Part shown: positions 1-14,190 of the stretch, in pieces
How the letters are laid out: each line of letters starts with the position of its first letter
How positions within the stretch are numbered: position 1 is the first letter of the stretch
Assembly: GCA_038087875.1 (NCBI GenBank)
Contig: CM075985.1
Span: 7,874,001-7,938,000 of the forward strand
DNA: 64,000 nucleotides
Direction: 5' to 3'
DNA from: Malacoraja senta
Taxonomy: Eukaryota
Notes under the pieces: model-generated
The model's input: the letters and a program-made list of their open reading frames with translations, nothing else
Database searches by the model: none
What the model was told of the DNA's origin: nothing
Translations under genes and position numbers: made by a program

Positions 1-3000
1 ACCAAAGCCAATTAACGTTCAAGCCTGTACGTCCTTGGAGTGTGGGAGGAAACCGGAGCACCTGGGGAATTCCCACCTGGTCACAGGGAGAACATACAAA
101 CTCCATACAGACAGCACCCATAGACAGGATCGAACGCGGGTCTCTGGCGCTGTAAGGCAGCGGCTCTACTGCTGCGCCACCCATTTCTCACAGAACTTAG
201 TTTAGTTTCGAGATACCGCATGGAGACAGGCCCTACCGTCTACCAAGTCCACACTGACCTTTGATCACCCATTTACATTAGTTCTATGTTATCTCACTTT
301 CTCACACTATTGACAAAGGCCAAATGCCTACAAAACCCGCACATCTTTGGGATGTGAGAGGAAACCGGAGCACTCGGAAAGAAAGCCTATGTGATCATAG
401 AGAAAATGTGCAAACTCCACACAGACAGCAACCAAGGTCAGGATTGAACCCGGGTCTCCAGTGGTCTGTGGCAGCCACTCTACCAGCTGCGCCACTGTGC
501 CGCCCTGTTCTTGCATTGTGTATTTCCACAAAGTAAGGAGGCAGTTCTGTTTCCTGAACCACTATTGCTATTGGGTTTGTTCATGGCTGATGATGCCAGG
601 GAGATCCCTGTAGAGGAGGCTTGTGATTTAACAGTTAATACAAGGCCACCAGCTGTGATCTCCAGGTCTGGCATGTTTATACATGCTTAAAGAAAATTCC
701 TGGGATTCCGAAAGTTTCAGCTGAGTCCAAGCCTGTCCTGTCCTGTCCTGACCTGCCATTCAAAACCTTCCGATAAATCAGTATTTAGTCAAAACAAGGG
801 AACTGAGTGAAAAAAAAGACTGTGGAAGCACTCAAGAGCAAGACCAGCATTGACGTCTTGTTCTCAGGACCTCGGGCACTGACAGGGAAGAGTGGCCTTT
901 GAAAGGCTATTACCATAACTGCATGATAACTTGTGCACAACATGATCCCACGGAATAATGTTGTACAGACCGTCCCCCTGGGTCAAGTACTCCCTTCCCA
1001 GGGACACCTCAACATACAAATGAGCTCCCATATTGTTATTAGACTCAAAATCCAATGTGCACACATGCATTCATTCCAATGGAGGGCAGAACTAGTCACC
1101 CCTCTCTCTCCATTGCTAGGAATTGCCATTTATCAGTCTTGTATGATATTGAACTCATTCACTACAAAACATGGAGGTGCAGTTCCCATATTGAGTGATT
1201 TTCATCTTGCTATCCAACTTATGGACAAAAATTAACCCGTGGACAATTGTAAAAATGGAACCCATTCGTTACCTTGGGACAGGCTGGAATGACCCAAATC
1301 TGTTCTTAAAAGATTGCATTGATTGATTAAGATTACCCAGCCCTTCTTATCAAGATATTGTCCTTTACCCAAATAGTCTGCACCTCGCTTTAACACTCCA
1401 ACATTCACCCATGCAATCAGAGCTGTGGTCTGCGGGTGGTTTACAAGATCTGGAGTGGGACGTGGCAGATAACCCTCTAACTTGGAGACAGGAACTCAGC
1501 CTCACTGACTCGACACTAAGCATCCAGTTTGACAGCTCCATCTTCAGTCTCATTAGAATTTGGAAGCCCGCTGGTCAGCAAACCCTTCCCGAAACTCTGG
1601 GGGAGCAAGGTATCTTGAAACAAATGCAAACTGGTTGGAATATTAAATAAGCTTGCAGAGGTAGCGTGGGAGGACCTGCTTATGAAGCATTTCCCCTGCA
1701 TTCTCCTACCATCCTTTGCCCTAGGCTGCAAGGCCTCCCTGCATTGATTCCCTTCTCAATCTTTCAACCTTCATGCACTGGTAACCAACAAAAAAAGTTT
1801 CATTCTTTAATAAACAGTGCAGTTGCCCCCAGAAACCATCACCCTCCCATTCCGCACGCAGCCAGCCCTGTGACATTGGCCGGCAGTCGGAGTCTCCACT
1901 GTTTCTTATTCCCAACACATCTCCAGCCCGTGCAACTAATGAAGCTGCTGCCAAACATACTGTGCATGTAATCAGAGGCCAAGCTCCCTCTCACAATACA
2001 CCCATCTACCGCAGAGTTTGAATCAAGAGAAAGCCTGAATATCATAGCACACAGGAGCAAATGTACCTCAAGTTTCTTACCAGTATCTTTGAATACGTTT
2101 CCTACTCTATTTTACCTATTCGTACTCAATGCTCCCTACAACCAATGCTCCGTATCAATACACCAGACTGACTTATTTTGACCCCCAACAGCAAACTGTG
2201 TATACACCAGAACAGTTTAAAGATACAGTATAGCAGCAGGTCCTTCGGCCCAGCAAGTCAACGGCAAATAGCGATCATCTCTTCACACTAGTTCTATGTT
2301 AAACCACTTCCTCACCCGCTACCTGCTCACCAATGACAATTTACAGAGGCCAATTAACCTACAACCCGCACATCTTTGGGATGTGGGAAAAACCGGAGCA
2401 CCCTGAGAAAACCCACGTGTTCACTGGGAGAACAGCAACCGAGGTCAGGATTGAACCTGAGTCTGGAACACTGCAAGGCAGCGGCTCTACCAGCTGTACC
2501 AGTGCTGCCTTAACAGCGGTGGGATCGTTCTGCGCCCTACGATGAATATGGTCCAGCGCGGTGGTGAATTTTCAGCAATATCATACAAGTGGGATGATGG
2601 GGATCCGGTGAGAAAGATCAGGACCACATTGGGACATCAGTCTCCAAGATTGAAGATTCACAGCTCAGCAGATTCAACGGTCAATATAACACAGTTAGGT
2701 TCACCTCCCACCTTCACTGGAATACTCAAGGGATTAAAGTCATAAGGTTAAAGGACTTCCTTGCTAGTCTCTACTGTGTAGAAATGAGGTAGCCATGTGA
2801 AACACGTGGAGGAACGAGCCGTGCTTTGACATAGACACCAACATTAGGCAGGCTGGCAGCTCATCAGGTTTGCCATAATAAGGAATATGCTCCTTCACAA
2901 ATTCCCCCAACACATCTGAAGAGACTTCCCATACTTCATTATCCTGCTTCTCCCAGAGGAAGTCCCCACTTCATCTTGTGGAGATTTAAGGTGAAGATGG

Positions 3001-3547
3001 CAAGGATAAATGTTTGCTGCCATTCCAACTCTCCTGCGACAGGATTTAACCTGATGTATCCAACATAACCCAGAGCAACCCTGGGACAATGCACATTAGG
3101 TTTGGGGAGGAGGGGGGCGCGGGGGTAGTCATAGAGCTATACACCTTAAAAACAGGCCCTTTGGCCAAACTTAATGACACAAAATGCTGGAGATAGCTCA
3201 GCGGGACAGGCAGCATCGCTGGAGAAAAGGAATGGGTGACGTTTTGGGTCGAGGCCCTTCTTCAGACTCCCACTTGTCTGTGCCTGGCCCATATACTCCA
3301 AACCTTTCCTATCAATGTATTGGTTAATAGTAATGGAACATAGTGCAATGGAGATCATGATCTCTCTTCCAGGAAGAAACCTGTAGAGAGCCATCATTAA
3401 AGGGGAAACTGCCCAAATGCAACCCCCCCCCCCCCATCGGCCATCAATCCCAACCCAGTGATGTTCAGAGGAACCACAGAGCGGTTTGCAGCCCAAGATA
3501 ATGCAGCGCTGCTCTGCTTGAGGTTGTTATCTAGTCCAGAGACACCA

Positions 3548-3680
3548 GTGTTAAAGAAGGAACTGCAGATGCTGGAAAATCGAAGGTACATAAAAATGCT
3601 GGAGAAACTCAGCGGGTGCAGCAGCATCTATGGAGCGAAGGAAATAGGCAACGTTTCGGGCCGAAACCCTTCTTCAGACA
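3548..3680 (-). repeat. Solo Penelope pseudo-LTR end with hammerhead-like core
   Basis: Nearly identical to 52768-52900. Confidence 0.8.
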
Positions 3681-5774
3681 CCAGTAGTTGGCTAAGAAGT
3701 TTAGAGATACAGCGTGAAAAACGCCCTTCGGCTCATCAATTTCATGCTGACCATTGATCACTGTTCACACGCTAGTTCTACATTATCTCACTTTCTCTTC
3801 CACTCCCTACACAGCAGGGGGAATTTTCGGAGGCTAATTAACTTACAAACCCGCAGAGGAAACCCACGCAGTCACAGGGAGAACGGGCAACCTATAAACA
3901 GATAGCACCTGAGATCAGGATCAAACCCAGGTCTCTGGCACAGTGAGGCAGCGGGCACACCAGTGCTAAAAAGCTGATGCAGGCAATAATAGCCGTTATA
4001 CAACAATGATTTTTAATGCACACTTAAATTAGCTGTATTGGATAATGTGAATGAAGCTGAAAATGAAAGTAATTCAACTGCATGAAATTGCTCATCCATT
4101 CTATCAGCTCATCATCAACATACAAACTCTCACTATCCTTGCCTTTGTCCCATACCCTTGTCTAGTAAAAGTCGATCTACTGCAACATTGCAATTACCAA
4201 TTAACCACCTGTCTTAATCATTTTATCACAGAAAAGGCTTTCAGAATTTCAATGTGGTCACTTTGGGGAAGAGAGCTTTCGTACAGCACACCTGAACAAT
4301 CAGCTCTCGTTCCCCTTCCACAGGAACAGCCAACTGAAGAAATAATTAAATAAACTTAAACATCTCAACCAGGTCACCCTTCTATGTTTCACAGGAACTA
4401 CGAGCCAAGTCTATGCAAGCTAACCTCTTAACTCTCTCCATCCCTGATGTCATTCCAGTGTGCACACTCCAAGCCCTATACATCCTCACTCAGCTGCCAT
4501 GCCCTGAACCAAACACAATAGGCTCAAACCAGAGTTTTAAACAAGTGAAATGTGATTGCCACCCTTTTGCTTCGTAGTCCCCAGAGGAAAGCATTGAACA
4601 GGTGTCCAGTTTCAAGTTCCTGCACAAGTGGCCATCAATAACTGCAAGTTTCCCCTCAGACCCAGTCATTGATACTCTCAGATTACAACTCCTGCTTCCT
4701 TCAACTGTCAGGTCATTTTGATGTGTGTGTGTGTGTTTGATGAAGTGATTGTTCAGGGGAAAATAAAGTGGAATTTTTTTTTCCTCTTCTCTGGTTATAT
4801 TTGTTTCAGTGCTCCCCTCCTTCCCAAATGACAAAGCTCAAGCTAGCAGATAGCCTGCATCTTTCTCATTGCTCACAGCCAGTGGGTTGTGACATTTGAC
4901 GTCAAGTCCAAGAGAAGAACAGACAGCATTGTTGTGAAACAATGGGAAATATTACAAGCCTGACAGTGAGGGGGTTGGCATCTGGAATGAGGCATTTACT
5001 GTTTCCGACAGGGAGGGGAAAAAAGACACACTGGTTACATGAGCTGGAAATATAATTGCATTTTGGTAACAATTTTCATGACCTACGAGTTTCTCCAGTG
5101 CCTTAAAGCTGATGCATAATTTTTAAATGCCTGATGATAGAAACCGCAGCACCACATGGGCAAATACAATTAGGCCATTCAGCCCATCGAGTCTACTCCA
5201 CCATTCGATCACGGCTCTTAACCTCATTCTCCTGCCTTCTCTCCATAACCTTTGACACCCATACTAATCTAATCTCTGGCTAAAGAAATTCCCCCTCATC
5301 TCCATTCCAAAGGTACATCCTTTTATTCTGAGGCTGTACCCACTGGTTCTAACCTCTCCCATTGCTGGAAACATCCTTTCTACATCCACTCTATCTAGGC
5401 CTTTCATTATCTGTTTTACTGTTTTACTGTTCTTTTTATAAATCATGTTTCTCGGGGTATCTAAATCTAAATTTTATTAGTTGTTTAAGTTATGACATCG
5501 GATGGAAGCTGCATACCAAATCTAGTTGCACATATGTGCAATGACAATAAAATATATTATTATTATTATTATCCTTTTACCACAACCATCTATCTTTTTA
5601 TAATCCATCTCTTGTCTGAAAACACCATAACCTTAGTGATGAGCTACTGTTCCAGTTCTTCCCTGAACTATGTTTCAGCCACGATCAGTGGAATGAAGCT
5701 CCTGAAACACTTAATTTAATCACCATGTTAAAGCAATGTGAGGAGCGTGGATGACAAATAGATGCTGCTGGCAG

Positions 5775-6095
5775 GCGGCACAGTGACGCAACAGTAAAGC
5801 CTTACATTGCCAGGGATCTGGGTTCAATCCCGACTACAGATGCTGTCTGTATTGAGTTTGTACATTCTCCCTGTGACTGTGTAGGTTTTCTCCAGGTGCT
5901 CCCGTTTCCTCCCACACTCCAAAGACATACAGGTCCGTAGGCTAATAGGCTTCTGAAATTGTAAATAGTCTCTAGTGTGCAGGATAGTGATAGTGCAAGT
6001 TGTCCTTAGTGTTCAGGACAGTGCTAGGGTGATCGCTGTCAGTGCAAACTTGGTGAGCCAGAGAGCCTGATTCCATGCTGCATCTCTAAAGTCTA
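5775..6095 (+). mobile_element. tRNA-derived SINE (HE1/V-SINE-like)
   Basis: ggcggcacagtg... head with box B gggttcaatccc and the central ttctccctgtgactg..ggttttctccaggtgctcc..tttcctcccacactccaaagac. Further copies at about 1-180, 200-500, 2200-2520, 3690-3960, 25560-25790, 26460-26960, 32900-33190 and 37575-37745. Confidence 0.8.
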
Positions 6096-7014
6096 AAGTA
6101 CAGGTCTTGCTCACAGGGTGTGTTTACTTTGTCATGTCCTGGCAAGGTGAGCATCTCAAAATTGTTGCACTGCAAAGCACAGAGGCCACGTGACTTTATG
6201 GTCTGTGGATCCAGTTAATGGCTGCCTGTAGCTGGTGGTGGGAAGTGAAGTGACCCAGTGCCCATGATGTTGCTAGGCTCGCAGTTAGATCACCCTTTGA
6301 AGAAATTAAAAATTCTCTCATTCCAAAGCCAACATCCCGAGCTATGACATGCAGCAACGCTCATGGAGTCTCCAAGTTCCAACCATTTAATACAATGGGG
6401 TTCAACACTGTGAATATGCGCAGAGCTCAGCACTGCCCATGCACAAGGTCTACGCTGAACTGTAGCAAAATGCCCTCCCTTCACTGAGCTCAGAAGCCTG
6501 GCCATGAACAACACACCAAGGCCAAATAAGGTAGTTTTAAGCCAAAACCTCTTGTTCTCAATGTGGCCGAGACTGATACAGAACTGAAACATTCAATGCT
6601 GGTTGTATTTCCTCAATCAGAAGCCACACACTTGATTGAACATTATTTGACCTGGGAAAAATGGTCACAAACAAGCTGAAACTTGGAATTTAAAAAATGC
6701 TTCAGGACTGACAAAGAGCATTCTGTATATCAAAGCCATGCTGTTATTTTACTGTGCAGACTATGCAGTCTCTCCTGCTCTCATTTTCTATCCTTTAACA
6801 CGTAATCTAGTCTGATTTCACTGTCCTGTTCACTTCCTTAATATCCTGCAGCATCTGTAGGTTCTGCCCCCTCTTGTTGTTTTGCACGGCAAATAAACAG
6901 GTTAAAAACTTCTAGCCAAACATGTTTTATTGATCACACTCAGACACACACGTGCATGACTGATTTATATTTCAACAAGAAATTACTTCCTCTCACCCTG
7001 CTTCTTGCAAGGGT

Positions 7015-7150
7015 GCTGTCCCCAGCTCTCAATTTCTCCATCTCCACCGCATGGATTCCCAAGATAAGGCTTTCTATTCCTGTGATATCTTCTTTCTTTA
7101 GTAAACATGGTTTCCCCCCCTGCTGTTGTAGATGGATCCCTCACCCATGT
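7015..7150 (+). mobile_element. Small degenerate Penelope RT fragment
   Basis: Resembles the SQFLRLRRICSQDEAFH...GFP-coding segment of the intact element. Confidence 0.5.
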
Positions 7151-9639
7151 CTCCCTCAACAAATTATAAATTTAGCTAATCCTCTCAATCACAATGTTGC
7201 AATATAAACTAAACTTAATTAAGCATCCCTGATTTTAATAACCTTATCCTTCACATATGACAAATGTCACAATTTGTTTTGCCAACATAACACTTCTGAA
7301 CATGAATATCTGTAGATATAGCCCAGGCTTTTCTCAACGTCCATTGAAACTCCCCAACCATGCCAAGACCCATTGACTGTACTTTGTTGCATTTATCCCA
7401 AAAGTGATTTCAGTAGCTGCTATTACATATTGTTTCCAAAATATTGCTGTACATATGGATATTAATAGGCTTGCTACCAAGATTTAAGGCAATGTGATAA
7501 AAGGGGCCAGGGCAGCAATGATAGAGAATCCAGAGATAAAGGGTTTTAGTCTCTTCCTCCCTTTCAGGCAGGAGGTTGTAGAGGTTGTAGACCCTGTCCA
7601 TCCTTTGTGGTGTTAAAGGGCTGGGTGAGCTGTTAGCTGGTGACTCGAGGCAGTGGCAGAACCTCAGAGACAGAAGCAGTGGGTCAGTGCGATGTGGAAT
7701 ATGGGGATTGAAGCTGAGACGGTCTGGTTCCACCAAGAGCCCATGGTTGAAAGGTTTATAGAAGCTGCTGAAGGCCCAAAGACCAGAAAATATCTGGTCA
7801 TCTTCCAGCAATCCAGTTGCCAGGTGATAACTGTAATGGACCGGAGGCCATGCGTACAGAGGTTGCGGCAGTGAGTGATGTTTCAACCTGCCTTCTTCCC
7901 AATATCCTGCTGCAGGAAACCGAGCCATCCAGAACAACGTAGGAGACCCAGCGGTCTGAAGCCACAGAGGGTGTAGGCTGCACGAGAGTGGTGTGAGTAT
8001 AAATGGGTGACTTCACTAAGTGTGGAAACTGACCCTGCATCTGTGGATGAAGTCAGCAAGTTTCTAGACACGGATGTGCAGAGCAAGGGTCTGAAGCCGA
8101 AAAGATTACAGTGCATAGGAGCCCATTGCTGACCCTTGAAAGTGAAAATATCTCAGCATGCATCTCGGAGACTCACCGTGTACGTGGCAGTGGTCAAATA
8201 TCATGGACTGAAATGAATCACCAACAATCCATCCACAAAGGGAAAACGAGCAGGCAACAGTCTCTGCCGACTGGGGTCACATCATCACTTGTTAGAAACA
8301 GGACTGGTCCAATATCAGGGACAAGGCATCTTATATAAGTGCAGCCCAGAGTCAATAGATAATAGGTGCAGGAGTAGGCCATTCGGCCCTTCGAGCCAGC
8401 ACCGCCATTCAATGTGATCATGGCTGATCATCCACAATCAGTACCTCGTTCCTGCCTTCTCCCCATATCCCCTGACTCCGCTATCTTTAAGAGCCCTATC
8501 TAGCTCTCTCTTGAAAGTAACCAGAGAACCGGCCTCCACCGCCCTCTGAGGCAGAGAATTGCACAGACTCTCTGTGAGAAAAAGTGTTTCCTCGTCTCCG
8601 TTGGTGGGCTGAGCACTTTAGCCTTACTTACAAGATTTCCACAGGGACTTGGACACAGAATGGAGACAAATACGCCTGAAGACGTTGGAAACTGAAGCAA
8701 AATAGAAACTGCTGGTGGAACTCAGCGCGGGGTCGTGCAGCGGTTTGTTTTTGCTTTTGAGCACTGATTACAGGCCGACAGTGTGGTCCTGAGGGGATGC
8801 CGCTCTGCCAGAGGAGCCATCCTTCAGGCAGTACATTTAACCGAGGGCCTTCTATCCTCTAGAAACGATTCAAAGATGCGAGTAATTTGAACAAACCAAG
8901 GACTTCTTCCCCATCTTCTCAACCAACATTATTAAAACGCAACATCGGCCATTATCACCTTCCTCGATGCAAAATAGCTGCTGCGTTTCCCTCACTAATA
9001 CAACGAATGTACTGTAAACAGGTCCTTGTAAAGTCTTTAGTGATTTGCGGGTCGTCAAATGTCGACAAAACCAAACCTGAATAATAGATTGTGGCCGAGA
9101 TCTACTCACTGGTTAGTAAAAAGTTACAGGGGAAGTTAGAGCAAAAAGCAAAGTGCTGGAGGAACTCAGCGGGTCAAGCAGCATCCGTGGAGGGGATGGG
9201 CAGACGGCATTTCAGGTCCCGACCTTTCTTCAGGTCCATTCCATCCACAGATGGTATCTGAGCCACTGAATTCCTTGAGTATATTCTGTCTTGCACAAGA
9301 TGCCAGCATCTTGCGACTCCGTTATTCCAGGCGTGCTGAGCGTTCAATGTAATGCAGAGCAAGGTCGGGATTGGACGAGGGTTGAAAAGGCACACGCATC
9401 TTTGAAAACAACAAAATACTGGGGAAAGGGAGAGGGAAGTGACATTTTCTCCGAAATGTTGTGAAAATTCCACCGGGTTTATAATTAACTTTAAAAGAAT
9501 TGTCCACAATTTCCCGACGCATCGTAGGGGAAGCTCCAATGTTAAGAAACCCCTCTGTCGTCAGGAAAGCCCCGGGTGGTTGAACGGGCAACGTTGAATG
9601 GTGAGAGAGGATTATCCTCTGTCCTTTCACTCATTCAGT

Positions 9640-10330
9640 GAGACAGTGGACATGCCAGCGCCGGACAGGTTGCTAAGCTGCAAGCTCGCAGCCTGCTCAA
9701 AAAACTGAGCACGCAGACCGAGATATGGTGCCCTCCAAGACAAGGGGAAAACAAAAACAGATCCACGGCGCGATTACCTAAAGATAACGATAGGGAATGA
9801 CTTACCCAGAACAGCATGTTGAACAAAAATAGTAAATATTTAACCACGGGGTTGACGAAGGTGAAATCCTCCCCCAGCGTGCGACTGCGAGCCATGGTCG
9901 GCGAATATTCCTCTGGGTCGCAAGTCCACACTCAATCAGCCGAGGCTTCGCTGCGAAAATTGAATCAATCGGATTAAAACCACGTACTCCGGTTACACCG
10001 GGGATTGGAGAAGAATGAGGATTTGGAGAGGCTGTAATTTCGCGGCGAGGTAATTACCTGCCAGTGGAGCGGCGGCGGCGCCTCCCCTCCTCCTGATCTT
10101 AACGTGAAACTGACGAGCCGGCGCTGTGGGGACAACCCAACCTGGAAGGGGGAGGCGCCGGTGATGGTCCCGCCCGCTTCTTGCTGTCCACATTCTTCAC
10201 CAATGGTTCTCCTCTCTCCACACCTCGTTGATCCGCCCCCTGCCATTCCATGCCTACCGTTAGAGCCTCGCCGACGACCACCACTGTGCGCCACTGACAT
10301 CACGTCCCACAACCTGCCCCACATTTACAT
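9640..10330 (-). promoter_or_regulatory. CpG island covering the TSPAN33 5' end
   Basis: CpG density is visibly high (e.g. ttcgcggcgagg, gcggcggcggcg, ccgccc) against a CpG-poor background, and the island overlaps the first coding exon. Confidence 0.65.
9806..9895 (-). CDS. TSPAN33: Tetraspanin-33, first coding exon (MARSRTLGEDFTFVNPVVKYLLFLFNMLFW)
   Basis: The translation matches the TspanC8/TSPAN33 N-terminus (human EEFSFVSPLVKYLLFFFNMLFW). ATG at 9895 in ccATGG context. The exon ends TGG|GTAAGT, a phase-0 donor at the same position as in human. Exon 2 was not recognised in 1-9805 and is probably outside the window. Confidence 0.88.
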
Positions 10331-11089
10331 CATTCAGCTGTTACAGGTGTGGGTGAAACCCGAGAGCCCGCGAAATGGGGATGTGATTGTGCACGAAGGA
10401 GTTGCAGATGCTGGTTTACACCGAAGATAGACACAAAAAATGCTGGGGTAACTCAGCGGGACAGGCAGCATCCCTGGAGAGAAGAGTCCAAAACGTCACC
10501 CATTCCATCTCTCTAGAGATGCTGCCTGTCCCGCTGAGTTACAACAGCATTTTGTGTCCACCATAAATGGGGGGGGGGGGATTGTCCGGGAAAGAATGGG
10601 AATCAGAATTTCCTGCGATGGGGGGTGGGGGCTGGGAAAGGAAGTAAAACGTAAAGATTGTCTAAGAAGGAACTGCAAATGCTGGAAAATCGAAGGTAGA
10701 CAAAAATGCTGGTGAAACTCAGCGGGTGAGGCAGCATCTATGGAGCGAAGGAAATAGGCAACGTTTCGGGTTGAAACCCTTCTTCAGACTGATGTGAGGG
10801 TGGGGGGCGGGGGGGGGGGTGCATGAGGAAAAAAGGAAGAGGTGGAGCCAGAGGGCTGAGGGAGAGCTGAGGAGGGGAGGAGAAAGTATGGACTACCTGA
10901 AATTAGAAAAGTCAATCTTCATACCGCTGGGGTGCAAACTGCCCAAGCAAAATATGAGGTGCTGCTCCTCCAATTTATGGTGGTCATACCGCTGGGGTGC
11001 AAACTGCTTGGATATTGTCAGTAGGTCAGGCCACATCTATGAAGAAAGAATCAGATTTGAAAAGGGGAATAAAATAGTAAGGACATGAC

Positions 11090-11520
11090 GGGTTTGGAGA
11101 GGGTACAGGAAGGTTTACCAGAATGCTGCTCGGATTACGGGGTACCAGCTCCTCGGAGGATTTGGAGAGACACTTGGATTGTTTTCATTGGTGTACAGGA
11201 GATTGAGCGGGAGACCTGATCGAAGTGTATAAAAGTTATGAGAGGCATATATTTAAGCGTGAGACGGGCAAAGTTGAAAGAAGATGTGCGGGCGTGTCTT
11301 TTTACACAGAGAGTGGCGGGTGCCTGGAACGTGCTACGAGGGGCGGTGGTGGAGGCAGACATGATAGTGACATTTAAGAGGCCTTTGGATAGGCACATGG
11401 ATATGCAGGGAATGGCGAAATATGGATCATGTGCAGGCAGATGAGATTAGTTTACCTTGGTTTCATGTTCGGCACAGACATTGTGGGCCTGTTCCTGTGC
11501 TGCATTGTTCTATGTTCTAT
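11090..11520 (+). mobile_element. Degenerate CR1 3' end
   Basis: RGDLIEVYK-like segment, ttacacagagagtgg, and a CR1 tail. Similar fragments at about 5150-5410, 8345-8600, 12860-13410, 15140-15590, 22740-23400 and 46990-47660. Confidence 0.75.
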
Positions 11521-13989
11521 AAACGGTAGCATCAACAAAGGAGTGTATGGGGACTGTAGAATCATTTTCTAAGATGTTGAACAATAAGCATTTGAGATGA
11601 GTATCTGCATGTTTGCTCCATGTTAAAGACATATCCATGTGTTCCTCCAATGTAGATATCCTGCTTCTGCCCCCGACAAGAAAATAGAACAAAGAGCAGA
11701 CAGTATTGTAAAGTATATTTGAGGTGCAGCCCACTCTGTATTGATATCCTTGTTCTGATTAGTAATGGGTTAAACATATGTCATCATTTATAAATAGCAG
11801 TGGTGATTTTGAAAATTGGCCCAGGCTTTAAATCTTCATCACTAGGAAAACACCTCAAAATAACCATCAGAAGTAATCACCCCAAACCCCTTTGTATTGA
11901 GAACATCGGAGTGATTTAAACCTGTATTGTCACTTTGACTCCCAGCCATCTGTAGCTGAAAAGGGTGCAATGTGCTGGAGTACATCAGCAGGTCAGGCCT
12001 GGAGTACATGGATAGGTGACATTTTGGGTTGAGACCCTTCTTCACTGATTATAGTGGGAGAAAGCTGGAAGAGTGGTGGGGCCAGGACAGAGCCTGGCAG
12101 TGATAGGTGGATACAAGTGAGCAGGGTTTATTGGTAGGTAGATGGTTAATCAAAGGCTAGGTCATATTCCGCTTGGCTATCTAATGGTATGAACATTGCA
12201 TTCTCCAATTTCAGGTAATTACCTTATGAACACCCCCCCCCCCCACCTCACATGTCCCAGCTCAATTAATACCAATTTCTCCCCTTCCCCCTCCACCTAT
12301 ATTCCTCCCTCTGACTTCATAATTTGCACATCTTCTATCCTTACATACTCTGGGTCTCTTCATCTCTGGCCTTTGAACAACCATTTACTTATAAAACAAA
12401 CCCTCAACTGTATCCCCCTATCACTTGCCTGGCTTTTCCCTGCCCCCTCCTCTCTTCCAGCTTAACCCCCCCCCCCCCCCACGACACAATCAGTCTAAAG
12501 AAAGGTCCTGACCCAAACAGTCACCTTGTCAGGTTCTTCCGAGATGCCATTCGAACCGATGTGTTACTCCAGCACTTTGTGTCTTTTTTTGTAAACCAGC
12601 ATCTGTACCAGTGTCTCCATCAGAAGCTGAAGTCTGGCAACACAGATGAGGGGTGGGGGGGAATTAGGAAGTGCAGGTTGACAACCAAGTGGCAGGCAGG
12701 GGAAACTGAGAAAGAGAAATGGAAAGTAAAAATCAGAGACAAGTGGCAGTCGGGGGAGAAGAGAGGGAAAATAAATACATTTCCAAGTGCTGGAATCTGA
12801 AACCAAACCAGAAATGCTGGCAGAATTCAGCCAGTCACACAGCATATGTGGAAAGAGAAACCAGTTGACATTAGTTGGACATTTATGGGAAATAGTGGGG
12901 CACAAGGGAACAGTGGTGAATAGGGGAACCTTAGGGTTCAAGCGTAATATTCCCTGAAATGGCAACACAGATAAATTGGGTAGTGAAGAAGGCATATTGC
13001 ATGCTTGGCTTCATAGTTAGGGCATGGAATATAAAAGCTGGGACTATGTTGCAAGTGTAATTTTGTTGCCACACCGTTAGATGGATGCTGTGGTACTGGA
13101 GAGAGTGCAGAAGAGATTCACGTGGCTGTAGCTTGGTTGGAGGACTAATTACAGGGAGGGGCTGGATAGGCTGAATTTGTTCTCCTATGAGTTAAGATCT
13201 ATATAAAATGATAAGGTACATAGATTACATAGTCAGAATCTTTTTCCCGTGGCAGGGATATCATAAACACGAGAGCACAGCTTTAATTAGGCATGGTATG
13301 GAAAGTTATGGATTTAATGAAGGCAAACAGGATTACTATAGGTAGGCAAAAAGGGTCAGCATGGACATGTGGGATGAAGGGCCGGTTTCTGTATGGAACT
13401 ATACATAGAAAGAACTATTATATGTGCCGAAAGGGAATACGAGGTCAAAGTCTCACGAGTGACTGGTGACTCCATGTAGATCAATAATCTCCTATACTCC
13501 CGACAAGCAGGCATGGGTTAGTCCAGACCATGGCTCGTTTCCTCACACATCCCCAAAAATACACCGGCAGATCAATTGGCTACTGTAAATGATCCTTTCA
13601 TGTAGTTAAGTGGCAAAAAAATCATAAGTAAGTTGATGGGTATGTGAGATATCACAGGAAGTATTGTCAATGGCAGCAAGGTCTAGAGCCTTGTGTTCAC
13701 TCACCCAAGACCCAGTCCACAAAATAGTAAGTCCAAATCAATAGGCATACTATGTACTGTAAAAATGTTTGGAAATTTCCTTCCACAAATGGGGAAAAAG
13801 TGATTTATAAGAAGAGGATATTACAGATGGAGGCAATGCCAAGAAGGAAAATGCAAGGAGGCAGAGACAAATAAACAGTGGCAGAGGGAGAGAACAAAGC
13901 AGAGACAGAGAAGGACTGGCGGGCCAGTTTCATCCCATTAATGACAATGGTGAAAGTTTGTATGTGAATCAACTTATTGAACAGTCTGA

Positions 13990-14190
13990 GGTAGACAAAA
14001 AGCTGGAGAAACTCAGCGGGCGAGGCAGCATCTATGGAGCGAAGGAATGGGTGACGTTTCGGGTCGAGACCCTTCTTCAGACTGCGTCACCCGTTCCTTC
14101 GCTCCATAGATGCTGCCTCATCTGATGAGTTTCTCCAGCTTTTTGTCTACCTTCAATTTTTCCAGCATCTGCAGTTCTTTCTTAAACATA
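13990..14190. repeat. Foldback derivative of the Penelope pseudo-LTR
   Basis: The arm gtagacaaaaagctggagaaactcagc...gaaggaatgggtgacg is mirrored by cgtcacccgttccttcgctccatagatgc...ctttttgtctac, around one hammerhead-like core. Confidence 0.75.

Noticed and set aside
6290-6592. Hydrophobic minus-strand ORF as a possible TSPAN33 downstream exon
   Set aside because: No match to tetraspanin TM1/TM2 or CCG motifs, and no fitting splice sites.
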